A stretch of DNA of 64,000 nt, from positions 4,086 through 68,085 of the forward strand of contig JAGAIS010000005.1 in NCBI GenBank assembly GCA_017626405.1. The letters are read 5' to 3'. This stretch comes from Bacilli bacterium. GTDB lineage: Bacteria > Bacillota_I > Bacilli_A > RF39 > UBA660. The translations under genes and the position numbers were made by a program. Numbering within the stretch: the stretch's first letter is position 1; the number at the start of each line of letters is the position of its first letter. The notes below the pieces were generated by a model. It was not told the DNA's origin. It did not search any database and saw only the letters and a program-made list of their open reading frames with translations. Positions 1 through 9,778 of this stretch are shown here, piece after piece.

Positions 1-39
1 ATAACATGAATAAAATAGGGTATGGATATAGGTGATAAA

Positions 40-450
40 ATGAATGACGAATTCAAAGAAATATATGAGATATTATCAACAGATCGCGATGATGTAAAAA
101 AAATTAAAGGAGACTACCAAAGAGATATAGCCGACTTACTAGGTAAGATTAGAGGATATCACATTAATAATGTGGATATTTCCGATGACTATGATTTAGA
201 ACACGACTTTGATAAATATAAATTAGATGATACATTCTTAAGATTTACTATTAATGATGAAGCAATCGAATATAAAATAGTATTGTTGCAGGGATATCTT
301 CAAGATTTATTTCTCGAAAAGAAATTTAATGAATATCGCAGACAAAAAGAAGAAAAATTAACTAAAAACGAGTATCTTGAATACACTCATAATTCATCAG
401 TTAAGGGCGATAAAATATCTGCTTGGTATCAAGAATTTATGAACAAATAA
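40..450 (+). CDS. hypothetical protein
   Basis: ORF 22..450; AGGTGA SD favours the ATG at 40; no recognisable motif. Confidence 0.5.
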   Translation: MNDEFKEIYEILSTDRDDVKKIKGDYQRDIADLLGKIRGYHINNVDISDDYDLEHDFDKYKLDDTFLRFTINDEAIEYKIVLLQGYLQDLFLEKKFNEYRRQKEEKLTKNEYLEYTHNSSVKGDKISAWYQEFMNK

Positions 451-457
451 AAAACGC

Positions 458-1648
458 TTATGCGTTTTTATTTTTGTATAAAATATCGATATCAACATCA
501 GCATTTATACCATCAATTTTCCCAATACAACTCATTTGCCATATATAATAAGGCCCTGCATAGCTGGTATGATTAGTATAATGTGCTAACCAAACGGCCT
601 CATTATTCTTATTTTCCCAAATGTTCTCCAAATAGAATTTGCTACTATATAACATTGGTTTATAACCATTTGCTTTTACGTAAGTGGCAAAAGCATCGAA
701 TACATTATTAAGTTCATGAATATTAATTTTATACTTTCTAAACTTCGACCAATTTTCCCAATCGAATGCAATTCCCAAGTCTAATTTCTCTCCATGTAAG
801 TTTTTTACAACCCATTTAGCATGTTCGATAGCCTTATCAACATTAGTTGCACTACTATAGACATATACACCAATCTTTAATCCTACTTTCTTAGCACCCT
901 CAATATTCTTTAAGTAATAACTATCCATCGATAAATCTTTATTTATATCAGAATTAATACCAATTCTTATGATTACAAATTCGCAACCAGCATTTTTAAT
1001 TTTTTCAAAATCAATATCACCTTGATATCTCGATATATCAATACCAATCATAGTACTATCGTTTTTATGATTCTCTATAACATCACTAAATTTTAAATTT
1101 TGTTTTTCTTGTTTTACTTTGTTAGTTGTCTCATACTTTTCAATTACATTAACAGTCAATTTTTTTCTTCTTTCATTATTAGAAGAATCAGTAATTACAT
1201 ATTCTACTAAATATTTTCCAACATTCTTATTATCAATAATTCCATCAATTCGACATTTAGGTTCTCTATCATAATTATCGCCAAATACTATATCATCGCA
1301 AAAATTAGTTTTGCCATTTAATAGTATAGTTCGATAACCACTAGCACTTATATACTTTGGTGCTTGTTTATCAACCACTTTATATTTTAATTGATAAATA
1401 TAATTCTTTCCTTTGTATTTAAGGGGGACTTCTATTATCTTATTACCTATTGAATTAGTTGATATATCAATGCCATTTAAATCCAGTTCTGCATTAGAAG
1501 ATAAGTTGAAATCTTTTATATCTACTTTTTCATATACTTCTATTTCATCAATACTTTTATTTACCCATACATCGTCCGGAAGTTTATATTTATTGTTACA
1601 TCCAGTAAGTAAAAATAATATTATAAATACTAAAAGGATTTTTTTCAT
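458..1648 (-). CDS. GH25 family muramidase lipoprotein with Ig-like domains
   Basis: Lipobox LLTGC; Ig-like repeat (YxITDSSNN); C-terminal GIDISRYQG...AFDWE...WLAHY...WQ...GINADVDID GH25 motifs. Confidence 0.85.
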   Translation of the reverse strand: MKKILLVFIILFLLTGCNNKYKLPDDVWVNKSIDEIEVYEKVDIKDFNLSSNAELDLNGIDISTNSIGNKIIEVPLKYKGKNYIYQLKYKVVDKQAPKYISASGYRTILLNGKTNFCDDIVFGDNYDREPKCRIDGIIDNKNVGKYLVEYVITDSSNNERRKKLTVNVIEKYETTNKVKQEKQNLKFSDVIENHKNDSTMIGIDISRYQGDIDFEKIKNAGCEFVIIRIGINSDINKDLSMDSYYLKNIEGAKKVGLKIGVYVYSSATNVDKAIEHAKWVVKNLHGEKLDLGIAFDWENWSKFRKYKINIHELNNVFDAFATYVKANGYKPMLYSSKFYLENIWENKNNEAVWLAHYTNHTSYAGPYYIWQMSCIGKIDGINADVDIDILYKNKNA

Positions 1649-1717
1649 AATCATCACACAACTATTATATAACATAAATTGCCTTTATGATATAATTATA
1701 TGCATGGAAGTGATTTT

Positions 1718-2290
1718 ATGACCATAACTAAATATGATATAAAATGTCCTAAATGTAATTCGAAAAATAGATTCAAAGTGAATGATGAACTTGATGATAT
1801 TAAAATAGATGATGTAATTAATCGAAGTATTTTTCATCTATCATGTAAAAAATGTAATCAGGATATTTATGTCGAATATCCATTTAAAATATCTAATGAA
1901 AGATTCATTATACATTATACTCCAATGAAAAAAGAGGAGATTCAAGATGATTATCGTGAGTATATGAGAATATGTGATACATTTGATGATTTAAAAGAAA
2001 AACTAATGATATATAATGATAACTTAAACGATATTATAGTAGAATTTATTAAGGATTTTCTGCTTAATCAAATGGATAATGAACTTAAAAGTAATTCTAC
2101 TGAATTAAGATATAATGGCATTGAAGGCGAAAACATTTTATTCTCCATTATAGATCAGGATAAGATAATAGGTTGCAATAAAGTCTTCTATGATAATTTA
2201 ATGAAAAAGATGAAATTTAAAAAAAATAAAAAATGTGTATTAATAGATAAGAATACATATCATAAGTATTATAAGATGAGGTTGTTTTAA
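1718..2290 (+). CDS. CpXC domain-containing protein
   Basis: CPKC...CKKC zinc pair near the N-terminus plus LKEKLMIY motif typical of the CpXC family. Confidence 0.7.
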   Translation: MTITKYDIKCPKCNSKNRFKVNDELDDIKIDDVINRSIFHLSCKKCNQDIYVEYPFKISNERFIIHYTPMKKEEIQDDYREYMRICDTFDDLKEKLMIYNDNLNDIIVEFIKDFLLNQMDNELKSNSTELRYNGIEGENILFSIIDQDKIIGCNKVFYDNLMKKMKFKKNKKCVLIDKNTYHKYYKMRLF

Positions 2291-4200
2291 TGAAATATTC
2301 AATTAGAAATGGATCAGTAACATTAAGTGGAAATACCATTCTTGAAGAAGTTGATTTTGAGGTTAATTCTCGCGAACACATTGCGATCGTTGGACCTAAT
2401 GGAGCCGGAAAGACAACCCTTTTAAATGCTATTATAAATCCCGAATTGTTTGATGAAGGAATAGGTGACGAAAAATTCAACATAACAAAAATAGGTGAAT
2501 TTAACATTGGCTTTTTGAAGCAAATTGAGTTTAAAGATGATCGTGAGTTATTGATTGATATTGTAAGGGAACCATTTAAAGAACTTATAAATATGGAGAA
2601 AAAAATTCAAAATTTAGTTGAAGAAATGAATACCAATAACTCTAATGAATTAATAAAAAAATACACGGATACAATAGAAAATTTTAAATTGTTAGGAGGT
2701 TACTCATATAAGAAAGAATATGAAGTAATGTTAAATAAATTTGGGTTTACAGAAGCCGATAAAGAAAAAGCTATTTCATCATTTAGTGGTGGTGAGAAAA
2801 CTAAAATTGCCTTTATCAAACTACTTTTATCTAAACCGGATTTATTAATACTAGATGAACCAACTAACCACTTAGATATTAAAACTATTGAATGGTTAGA
2901 AGAATACTTGGCAAATTATAAAGGTGCGATAATCATCGTTTCACATGATCGCATGTTTATCAACAATATTGCTAGCATTATTTACGATATCGATTATGGA
3001 AGAGTTATTAAATACAACGGTAATTACTCGTTCTTTGAAAAAACTAAGAAGGCAAATTATGAGAAGTTACTTCATGACTATGAAGCTCAACAAAGAGAAA
3101 TCAAAAGATTAACGTCTATATACGAAAGATTTAGAAATAAACCTACTAAAGCAAGTATGGCACTTTCAAAATTACACCAAGTTGAAAAGATGGAATTAAT
3201 TGACAAGCCAAATAAAATCGATATGAAGACATTTAAGACAAATCTTGACTCAATTGAGCAATCCGTAAAAAGAGTATTAGTAGCGAAAGATTTAGTAATA
3301 GGCTATGACAAACCACTAGCAAAATTGAATTTCGAAATAATGAGAGGTAAAAAAATAGGCATTATAGGTGCAAATGGAACAGGTAAATCAACTTTGTTAA
3401 AAACTCTTCATGGGGTAATAACTCCACTCGATGGAGAATTAAGTTATGGACTAAAGGTTCTTCCAGGCTACTTTGATCAATCATTAGAGTTTATTACTGA
3501 CTCATGTGTATTAACAGAAATGCGCGAATATAACAAGGAACTAACTGAATTGCAAGCACGAAGTGCACTTGGTTCATTTCTATTCAAAGGAGAAGATGTC
3601 TACAAAGACTTATCCATCCTTTCTGGTGGCGAAAAAGTCCGTCTTCAATTATGCAAGATACTCTATAATAAACCTAATTTTCTTATTTTAGATGAACCAA
3701 CAAATCACATGGATATTGCATCGAAAGAACATTTAGAGGATATCCTGACTGAATATAAGGGAACTATTATTTTTGTATCTCACGACCGATATTTTGTTGA
3801 AAAAATAGCTGATGAATTAATCGTATTTGAAGAATCCGGTGCAAGTTATTATCCATTTGGATATGGAGAGTATCTTGAAAAAATTAGAAAGAAACAACCT
3901 ATAGTTGAAACAAAGAAAGTTAAAAAAATGATAGAGAAAGCTAAAATAGTAGAAGACAAAAGAGAAAAGAAAGTAAGCCGCGAAAAAGAACTTCAAATAA
4001 TTGAAAATAATATTATTAAGCACGAATCTCGCATTGCTTCATTAAATCAAGAATTATTTTCAAGTGATGTCATAAATGATTTTGCAAAGATTAATAGTAT
4101 TCAATCAAAAATAGATTTATTGAATCAAGAATTAGCTGAATTAAATGACAATTGGGAAAAACTAACCGATGAAATATTAACCGAAAAAAATCAGGACTAA
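2290..4200 (+). CDS. ABC-F family ATPase
   Basis: Two ABC cassettes (GPNGAGKT, SGGEK, LDEPTNH; GANGTGKS, LSGGEK), no TM segments, C-terminal coiled coil. Confidence 0.93.
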   Translation: MKYSIRNGSVTLSGNTILEEVDFEVNSREHIAIVGPNGAGKTTLLNAIINPELFDEGIGDEKFNITKIGEFNIGFLKQIEFKDDRELLIDIVREPFKELINMEKKIQNLVEEMNTNNSNELIKKYTDTIENFKLLGGYSYKKEYEVMLNKFGFTEADKEKAISSFSGGEKTKIAFIKLLLSKPDLLILDEPTNHLDIKTIEWLEEYLANYKGAIIIVSHDRMFINNIASIIYDIDYGRVIKYNGNYSFFEKTKKANYEKLLHDYEAQQREIKRLTSIYERFRNKPTKASMALSKLHQVEKMELIDKPNKIDMKTFKTNLDSIEQSVKRVLVAKDLVIGYDKPLAKLNFEIMRGKKIGIIGANGTGKSTLLKTLHGVITPLDGELSYGLKVLPGYFDQSLEFITDSCVLTEMREYNKELTELQARSALGSFLFKGEDVYKDLSILSGGEKVRLQLCKILYNKPNFLILDEPTNHMDIASKEHLEDILTEYKGTIIFVSHDRYFVEKIADELIVFEESGASYYPFGYGEYLEKIRKKQPIVETKKVKKMIEKAKIVEDKREKKVSREKELQIIENNIIKHESRIASLNQELFSSDVINDFAKINSIQSKIDLLNQELAELNDNWEKLTDEILTEKNQD

Positions 4201-4445
4201 CAATCCTGATTTAATTTTTTGCACAATTTATCAACTTCAGTTTTATTAACATCTTCAACTTTATAGTATCCAATATTTACCATGTCTTGATATATTTCTT
4301 CTTGCATTTCGAGATTGTAATCAAGACCATCTAACATTGCTTTTCTAACATTCTTATTGCTAGATTCCACCACAGCATTGGTATAGAGCATAACAAGCGA
4401 TTTAGTAAGTGTTAAATAATTAGTTAGTTCCTCTTTTTCACTCAT
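4197..4445 (-). CDS. Coat F (CotF/YraD-like) spore protein
   Basis: 82 aa, Y.NAVVESSN..VR...QEEIYQDM...GYY pattern of the Coat_F domain. Confidence 0.75.
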   Translation of the reverse strand: MSEKEELTNYLTLTKSLVMLYTNAVVESSNKNVRKAMLDGLDYNLEMQEEIYQDMVNIGYYKVEDVNKTEVDKLCKKLNQDC

Positions 4446-4624
4446 TATTTGTCACCTCCAAGGAGTTTCATTAATTTATTTACCATAGTTTGATGTGTAT
4501 CAATCTGATCTTGTAGCTTTTTCGCATACTTTTCATCATCAATTTGATTGTTTTCTAGTGCTGCAATTATAAGCCTTTCATGATTGATGACATCTTCAAT
4601 ATAATTTAATTCTTTTTGAGTCAT
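4445..4624 (-). CDS. small spore-coat-associated protein (59 aa, not in ORF track)
   Basis: Read by hand: MTQKELNYIEDVINHERLIIAALENNQIDDEKYAKKLQDQIDTHQTMVNKLMKLLGGDK; GGAGGG SD; its TAA overlaps the next ATG (TAATG). Confidence 0.75.
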   Translation of the reverse strand: MTQKELNYIEDVINHERLIIAALENNQIDDEKYAKKLQDQIDTHQTMVNKLMKLLGGDK

Positions 4625-4641
4625 ATTAATCCCTCCACTAT

Positions 4642-4670
4642 TAGTATGGCTGAAATTAGAAAATTTATTC
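4642..4670 (-). promoter_or_regulatory. sigma-G-type forespore promoter
   Basis: Minus strand reads GAATA-N17-CATACTA, matching the SigG consensus, directly upstream of the coat F operon SD. Confidence 0.65.
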
Positions 4671-4728
4671 TATTGCTTATTATTTTTTAATGACTTATAA
4701 TAATGATTACTTTTAAGGGGGATTCTAA

Positions 4729-5328
4729 ATGGAAATAATTCCAATGAAAAAAGAAATAATGCTATTTGATGGTAGTAAATTAAAGATTGATACTGAAGTT
4801 AAATTATCGAAGTCTATTACAATCAATGAAAAAGATTATGAATTTGGTGTTAATATGCTAATAGAACAATATCTAAGATCAGTAAAAAGTGCAATCGAAT
4901 CTTATAAGAATTCTAATTTGCCAAGTCTTTTTATTCGTGGACAAGAATATATAGTTACTGACGTATCATACTTAAGTATTGATAATTATCATCGTATATT
5001 GGGCGTATATAATTTACTATATGACCAAATATTATTTGACCCCGATTCAATATCAGGAATAGGAATAAATCCCAACTTTCTAATGGGACATGAGGTTGGA
5101 CATAAAATTTCAAAGTATAAATTAGACGATGCTACGAGAGAAGAAATAAGAAGCATTCTTGGGATACCTTGTATGAATGAACACATTATTGAAGAGACAT
5201 TTGCAGATGCATGTGGAGACATCGTTCAAAACGAAATAATAAATAATAATTATTCATTTATGCCTGACGATCTAATTAGACGTGAAAAAATGCGCATAAT
5301 TGCTTTGAGAACAAGTTACAAATGCTAA
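4729..5328 (+). CDS. HExxH metallopeptidase-like protein (ImmA/IrrE-like)
   Basis: GHEVGH followed by EETFADACG. Confidence 0.55.
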   Translation: MEIIPMKKEIMLFDGSKLKIDTEVKLSKSITINEKDYEFGVNMLIEQYLRSVKSAIESYKNSNLPSLFIRGQEYIVTDVSYLSIDNYHRILGVYNLLYDQILFDPDSISGIGINPNFLMGHEVGHKISKYKLDDATREEIRSILGIPCMNEHIIEETFADACGDIVQNEIINNNYSFMPDDLIRREKMRIIALRTSYKC

Positions 5329-5394
5329 ATATATCTTAAAATTTTTCTTTATTATTTTTAACTTTTATATTATAATTAGTATACTTAATTAGGG

Positions 5395-6306
5395 GTGAAA
5401 ACAGTGAATAGATATAAAGAAACCAAAATAGCAACTATAATAAGCATAATAGGAAATATTTTCCTGCTTATCATAAAGTTTATTGTTGGAATAGTTTCTT
5501 CATCACAAGCAATGTTAAGTGATGCTTTTAATAGTGCGGGAGATATTTTTTCCTCTCTGATGGCTTTTATTGGAAATAAAATAGCAAGTAAGGAAGCAGA
5601 TGAAGATCACAACTTAGGTCACGGAAAAGCAGAATATATCTTCTCTCTATTTATAAGTTTAGCGATGATTATTGTATCTATTGAATTATTAATTTCATCT
5701 ATTAAATCAATTTTTTACAATAATGAATATCAATTCTCGATATGGTTAATAATAGTATGTTTAGTAACAATTTTTACAAAGCTAATCTTATATATTATAG
5801 TAAATCATATTTATAAAAAACATCATAATATATTATTGCTATCGACAGCAACAGATCATAGAAATGATTGTTTTCTTACTAGTTTAACTTTAATAGCATC
5901 TATATGTGGATACTTGGGATATCGAGAAGTTGATGGAGTAATTGGAGCATTAGTATCTCTTTGGATATTGAGGTCGGGTCTATTAATATTCCGAGATAGT
6001 TATGATATTCTAATGGACAAAAGTATGGATAATGAATTAAAGGATAAGATATTAAATATAATAAGTAAATACCCTGACATAAAAAAAATTGATCACTTAA
6101 ATTCGACTCCGGTCGGATATCAATACCAAATTTCTTTGACTATTTTTATCGATGGAAATATGTCTACTTATGATTCTCATGAAATTGCAAATAAGCTCGA
6201 AAAAGATATTACTAAATTGGAAGAAGTATATCTAACTTTAATACATGTCAATCCAATAGATGTAAAAGTAAAGAAGAGTAAATCGAGCAATCAAAAAAAG
6301 AATTAA
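5395..6306 (+). CDS. cation diffusion facilitator (CDF) transporter
   Basis: SQAMLSDAFNS, HNLGHGKAEY, DHRND, six TMs, C-terminal IHVNP. Confidence 0.92.
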   Translation: MKTVNRYKETKIATIISIIGNIFLLIIKFIVGIVSSSQAMLSDAFNSAGDIFSSLMAFIGNKIASKEADEDHNLGHGKAEYIFSLFISLAMIIVSIELLISSIKSIFYNNEYQFSIWLIIVCLVTIFTKLILYIIVNHIYKKHHNILLLSTATDHRNDCFLTSLTLIASICGYLGYREVDGVIGALVSLWILRSGLLIFRDSYDILMDKSMDNELKDKILNIISKYPDIKKIDHLNSTPVGYQYQISLTIFIDGNMSTYDSHEIANKLEKDITKLEEVYLTLIHVNPIDVKVKKSKSSNQKKN

Positions 6307-6357
6307 AACTTGTTAATGATAATATAATTTGTTAGAATATAATTAGGAAGTGATATA

Positions 6358-6867
6358 GTGGCGAAGAAAATAATTCCTATAAAAAATTATGTAATTACTT
6401 TTGGAGTTGTAATTCTTATCATATGTGGATGTTTTGCATTTTATAATCTATTCCAGATCTATCAGGAAAATAAAATTAGCACTAGTCCTCTTGCAAATAA
6501 AGAAATATTATATGTCGACTTAAAGAACGCAACTGATGATATAGATGCTGATACATTCTTATTAATAAGCTATGTAGAAGATAGAAATATTCATAATAAT
6601 GAATTAGAAATAAAAAAATATTTAAACAAAAAAAATCTGTTAGATAACGTTTTATACTTAAATGCAACTGAATATTTGAATGATTCAAATTTTATTAATG
6701 ATATTAATTCGACTTTAGGATTAAATAAAAACTTAAGCATAGAAGTACTACCTGCTTTGATTTATTATCGCGACGGAAGTGTTGCTTACACTGTGGATTC
6801 TAAAGATCATATCATTAATAGAGGTGACTTTGAACACATTGTTGATATGTATGAATTAGCAAGTTAA
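6358..6867 (+). CDS. membrane-anchored protein, thioredoxin-like fold without CxxC
   Basis: N-terminal TM; VLYLN...LPALIYYRDG pattern. Confidence 0.5.
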   Translation: MAKKIIPIKNYVITFGVVILIICGCFAFYNLFQIYQENKISTSPLANKEILYVDLKNATDDIDADTFLLISYVEDRNIHNNELEIKKYLNKKNLLDNVLYLNATEYLNDSNFINDINSTLGLNKNLSIEVLPALIYYRDGSVAYTVDSKDHIINRGDFEHIVDMYELAS

Positions 6868-6921
6868 TACTTGCTTTTTATTTTGTAGTTTTGTATTCTA
6901 TTAAGAGAAAGAAGAATATAT

Positions 6922-7434
6922 ATGATTAATATTGTTTTATTTGAACCTGAGATTCCCGGCAATACTGGAAATATTATGCGTACTTGTGTAGCTACAAATT
7001 CAAAATTGCATCTGATAAAACCTTTAGGTTTCTCTCTTGATGAAAAGTATATTAGAAGAAGTGGAGTAAACTACATTGATAAGTGCGATTACACAGTCTA
7101 TGAAAATATAGATGAGTTTTACGAAAAGAATAAAGGAACTTATTACTATTTAACAAGATATGGCCATAAGCCTCACACATCATTTGATTATTCAAATTCT
7201 AACGAAAATATATATTTTATTTTTGGAAAAGAATCAACTGGAATTCCACCAAAACTACTTAAACCTCATATCGATCATTGCATGCGCATTCCTATGACAG
7301 ATAATGTTCGCGCACTAAATCTATCAAATACTGTTGCCATTATGGTATACGAAGCGCTAAGACAACAAAACTTTAATGATCTATTGAGAGATGAACCTCA
7401 TAAGAGCAAAACCTTTATTGAAGATACTAAATAA
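6922..7434 (+). CDS. trmL: tRNA (cytidine/uridine-34-2'-O)-methyltransferase
   Basis: VLFEPEIPGNTGNIMRTC, FGKESTG, RIPM...LNLSN SPOUT motifs. Confidence 0.93.
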   Translation: MINIVLFEPEIPGNTGNIMRTCVATNSKLHLIKPLGFSLDEKYIRRSGVNYIDKCDYTVYENIDEFYEKNKGTYYYLTRYGHKPHTSFDYSNSNENIYFIFGKESTGIPPKLLKPHIDHCMRIPMTDNVRALNLSNTVAIMVYEALRQQNFNDLLRDEPHKSKTFIEDTK

Positions 7435-7504
7435 AAAGTTTCTAGATTGAAACTTTTTTTGTGTAAATATTTATATAAATTATCTATCCAACAAAAAAGA
7501 AGCA

Positions 7505-7885
7505 CTAAGCTGCTTCTTCTAAGCCATCTTCTTCTGAATCTTGTTCATCGTGACATCTATGACAACAACAATGTTCATCGTTACATTCACAAACATCACC
7601 GCAATGGCAATCATTTCCACACTCACAAGATTCATCACATTCACAAGATTCATCACATTCACAATTATTTTCGCAATGGCACTCATTTGTTACTTCAATT
7701 TCACTATCTTCAATAGATATTGCAAATACTGGACAAGCCTCTAAAGCATCTTGAACTTTTTCATTTGGATTTTCATTAATCACTATTGAATATCCTTCAT
7801 CATTAAAATCAAAATTTTCTGGAGCAATAGCAACACAAGCCCCACATCCAATACATTTACTTTCGTCAACACATACTTTCTTCAT
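7505..7885 (-). CDS. ferredoxin with Cys/His/acid-rich C-terminal tail
   Basis: CIGCGAC...ACPVFAI single-cluster ferredoxin, followed by a tail with 16 Cys. Confidence 0.85.
   Translation of the reverse strand: MKKVCVDESKCIGCGACVAIAPENFDFNDEGYSIVINENPNEKVQDALEACPVFAISIEDSEIEVTNECHCENNCECDESCECDESCECGNDCHCGDVCECNDEHCCCHRCHDEQDSEEDGLEEAA
7623..7664. repeat. 18-bp in-frame tandem repeat (2.3 copies)
   Basis: TCACAAGATTCATCACAT at 7623 and 7641; encodes the (CECDES) repeat in the ferredoxin tail. Confidence 0.9.
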
Positions 7886-7990
7886 AAGTATCCTCCGTTC
7901 TTAGATAATTATACAAATTTATTAAAAAAAATACAATCACTATATACAAAAAGAAACAAAATATGATAAAATTTTGATAAGGTGAAGGAT

Positions 7991-9019
7991 ATGCAAAATA
8001 GAATGGATAAATATTCTGTTAATCCAAAAACTATTGGATCACGTACAGAAAGAAACAAAGAACTATACGAGAGTGTTCGAACTAGTTCAATGAAAAATTA
8101 TGAAATTAAATCAAATATTTCGATTATTGATAATGATGCAAGCAGTATAAATGTAGGAAAAGTACGCAAAATGATTGATGAACGTTATAGTGATTCTTCT
8201 CCTAAAAGAAGAAGTATTGAAATTCCAGATTTTGCACCAACTGAAGTTGAAAATAATACACAAGATACAAAAGAATATGATATAAATGCTATATTAGCAA
8301 AAGCTAAAGTTGGAAAAAATGTCGACTATAATAAAGAAAGACTAAAAAAAGTAAGAGACACGCAATACGAAATTTTAAATAATTTAGATTTAGAACTTAA
8401 AAGAGAAGACTTTCAAGAAAAATCTAAATCAAAAGAAGATGCTGAAAACAACTTAATGAACCTAATTAACACAATTACAGAATTAGAAATAAAGAATAAG
8501 AATAAGAATAAGAATATATCGAGCGATTCAGATCTATTAGATTTAACTGATGATTCAGATGATGTAACAGAACCAAATAGACAATATAATGATAAGATAG
8601 ATGTTATAAAGCCAATAGAGGAAAATAATGAAGAAGAGACGTGCAATGAGATAAGATTAATAAGAAAAAATAATTCTTCTACTCTTTCAAAGACCGAAAA
8701 GATGGAAAAGAATGATGCAATAGAGACTTCTGAGAAAATTGAAGAGAACTCTAATACTGAAAAAAATATTTCAATGTCATCAATTGAAAACAATCAAGAA
8801 ATTAAAAAAACAAAATCTAGTAAAAAAGACGATGAACACATTGAAAAAACTCTATCTAAACTTGATATTAATATGTCTAGTTATGAAGATTTTGCTGATA
8901 TATCAAAACGTGATAAAGGAACTTTAATAATCAAGATTATTATTTTCATTATAATTATTGTATTAGTATTAGGAGCAATATATATATTAAATGACATACT
9001 TAATTTAGGACTATTTTAA
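7991..9019 (+). CDS. hypothetical protein, charged cytoplasmic domain with C-terminal TM anchor
   Basis: Long ORF, YDINAILAKAK motif, single C-terminal hydrophobic helix. Confidence 0.7.
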   Translation: MQNRMDKYSVNPKTIGSRTERNKELYESVRTSSMKNYEIKSNISIIDNDASSINVGKVRKMIDERYSDSSPKRRSIEIPDFAPTEVENNTQDTKEYDINAILAKAKVGKNVDYNKERLKKVRDTQYEILNNLDLELKREDFQEKSKSKEDAENNLMNLINTITELEIKNKNKNKNISSDSDLLDLTDDSDDVTEPNRQYNDKIDVIKPIEENNEEETCNEIRLIRKNNSSTLSKTEKMEKNDAIETSEKIEENSNTEKNISMSSIENNQEIKKTKSSKKDDEHIEKTLSKLDINMSSYEDFADISKRDKGTLIIKIIIFIIIIVLVLGAIYILNDILNLGLF

Positions 9020-9050
9020 TAATAGTTCTTTTTATTTCATATAATGGAAT

Positions 9051-9725
9051 ATGAGGAAATTTAAATCGAAAGCAAAAAGTAGAATTGAATATTTTATTAT
9101 TATAATTTTCACTCTCACATTTATTCAAATGTATTATTATAATAAATTAATATCAGTTAGCTTACTCGATATCAGTTCAACTAAACTAGAAGAAATAACA
9201 AATGTATATATAAAAAAAGACATAGTGCCAATGAATAGTGATATCAATAATTTATTAACTATTAATAGAAATTCAAAAGATGAAATTCTCTATGTAGATA
9301 TAAACACTGAAGAGGCAAATAAGATAATGGTAGATGTAGTAACAAAGATACAAAAAAGCATCAATAAAATAGAATTTGAAGACGATTTATTAAAAAAGCA
9401 TAACAACAATATTTATATGAAAGTCCCTTTAACTTTTAATAGTGGACCCCTGATATCATCTCTTGGTCCTAAGATTCCTATAAAACTTGATTTTTATGAA
9501 CAAGTTCTTGCTAGTATTGATACTGAAGTAACTAATTATGGAATTAATAATGCTTTAATTAAAATATACTTAACAATAGATCTTGAGCAAAAGATTTATA
9601 TACCATTTAAAAATGATAAATTTAAAAGATCTTATCGAGTTCTATTGAGTGCTAAAATGACTAATGGAACTGTACCAAGTTTTTTAGGCGGAACAATAAC
9701 AAATCATGAAACTTCATCTTCCTAA
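9051..9725 (+). CDS. yunB: sporulation protein YunB
   Basis: N-terminal TM; LGPKIPIK...YGINNALIKIY...GTVP motifs. Confidence 0.85.
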   Translation: MRKFKSKAKSRIEYFIIIIFTLTFIQMYYYNKLISVSLLDISSTKLEEITNVYIKKDIVPMNSDINNLLTINRNSKDEILYVDINTEEANKIMVDVVTKIQKSINKIEFEDDLLKKHNNNIYMKVPLTFNSGPLISSLGPKIPIKLDFYEQVLASIDTEVTNYGINNALIKIYLTIDLEQKIYIPFKNDKFKRSYRVLLSAKMTNGTVPSFLGGTITNHETSSS

Positions 9726-9778
9726 ACACTAGCATTTATTTTCTTAATATGATACTATTATAATAGTAGGGTGATAGT

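Noticed and set aside
7447-7744. His-rich and Thr/Phe-rich ORFs on the plus strand
   Set aside because: Antisense shadows of the ferredoxin Cys-rich repeat; no SD.
8490-8516. (AAGAAT)4 microsatellite
   Set aside because: In-frame hexamer encoding KNKNKN in a low-complexity region; cannot cause phase variation by frameshift.
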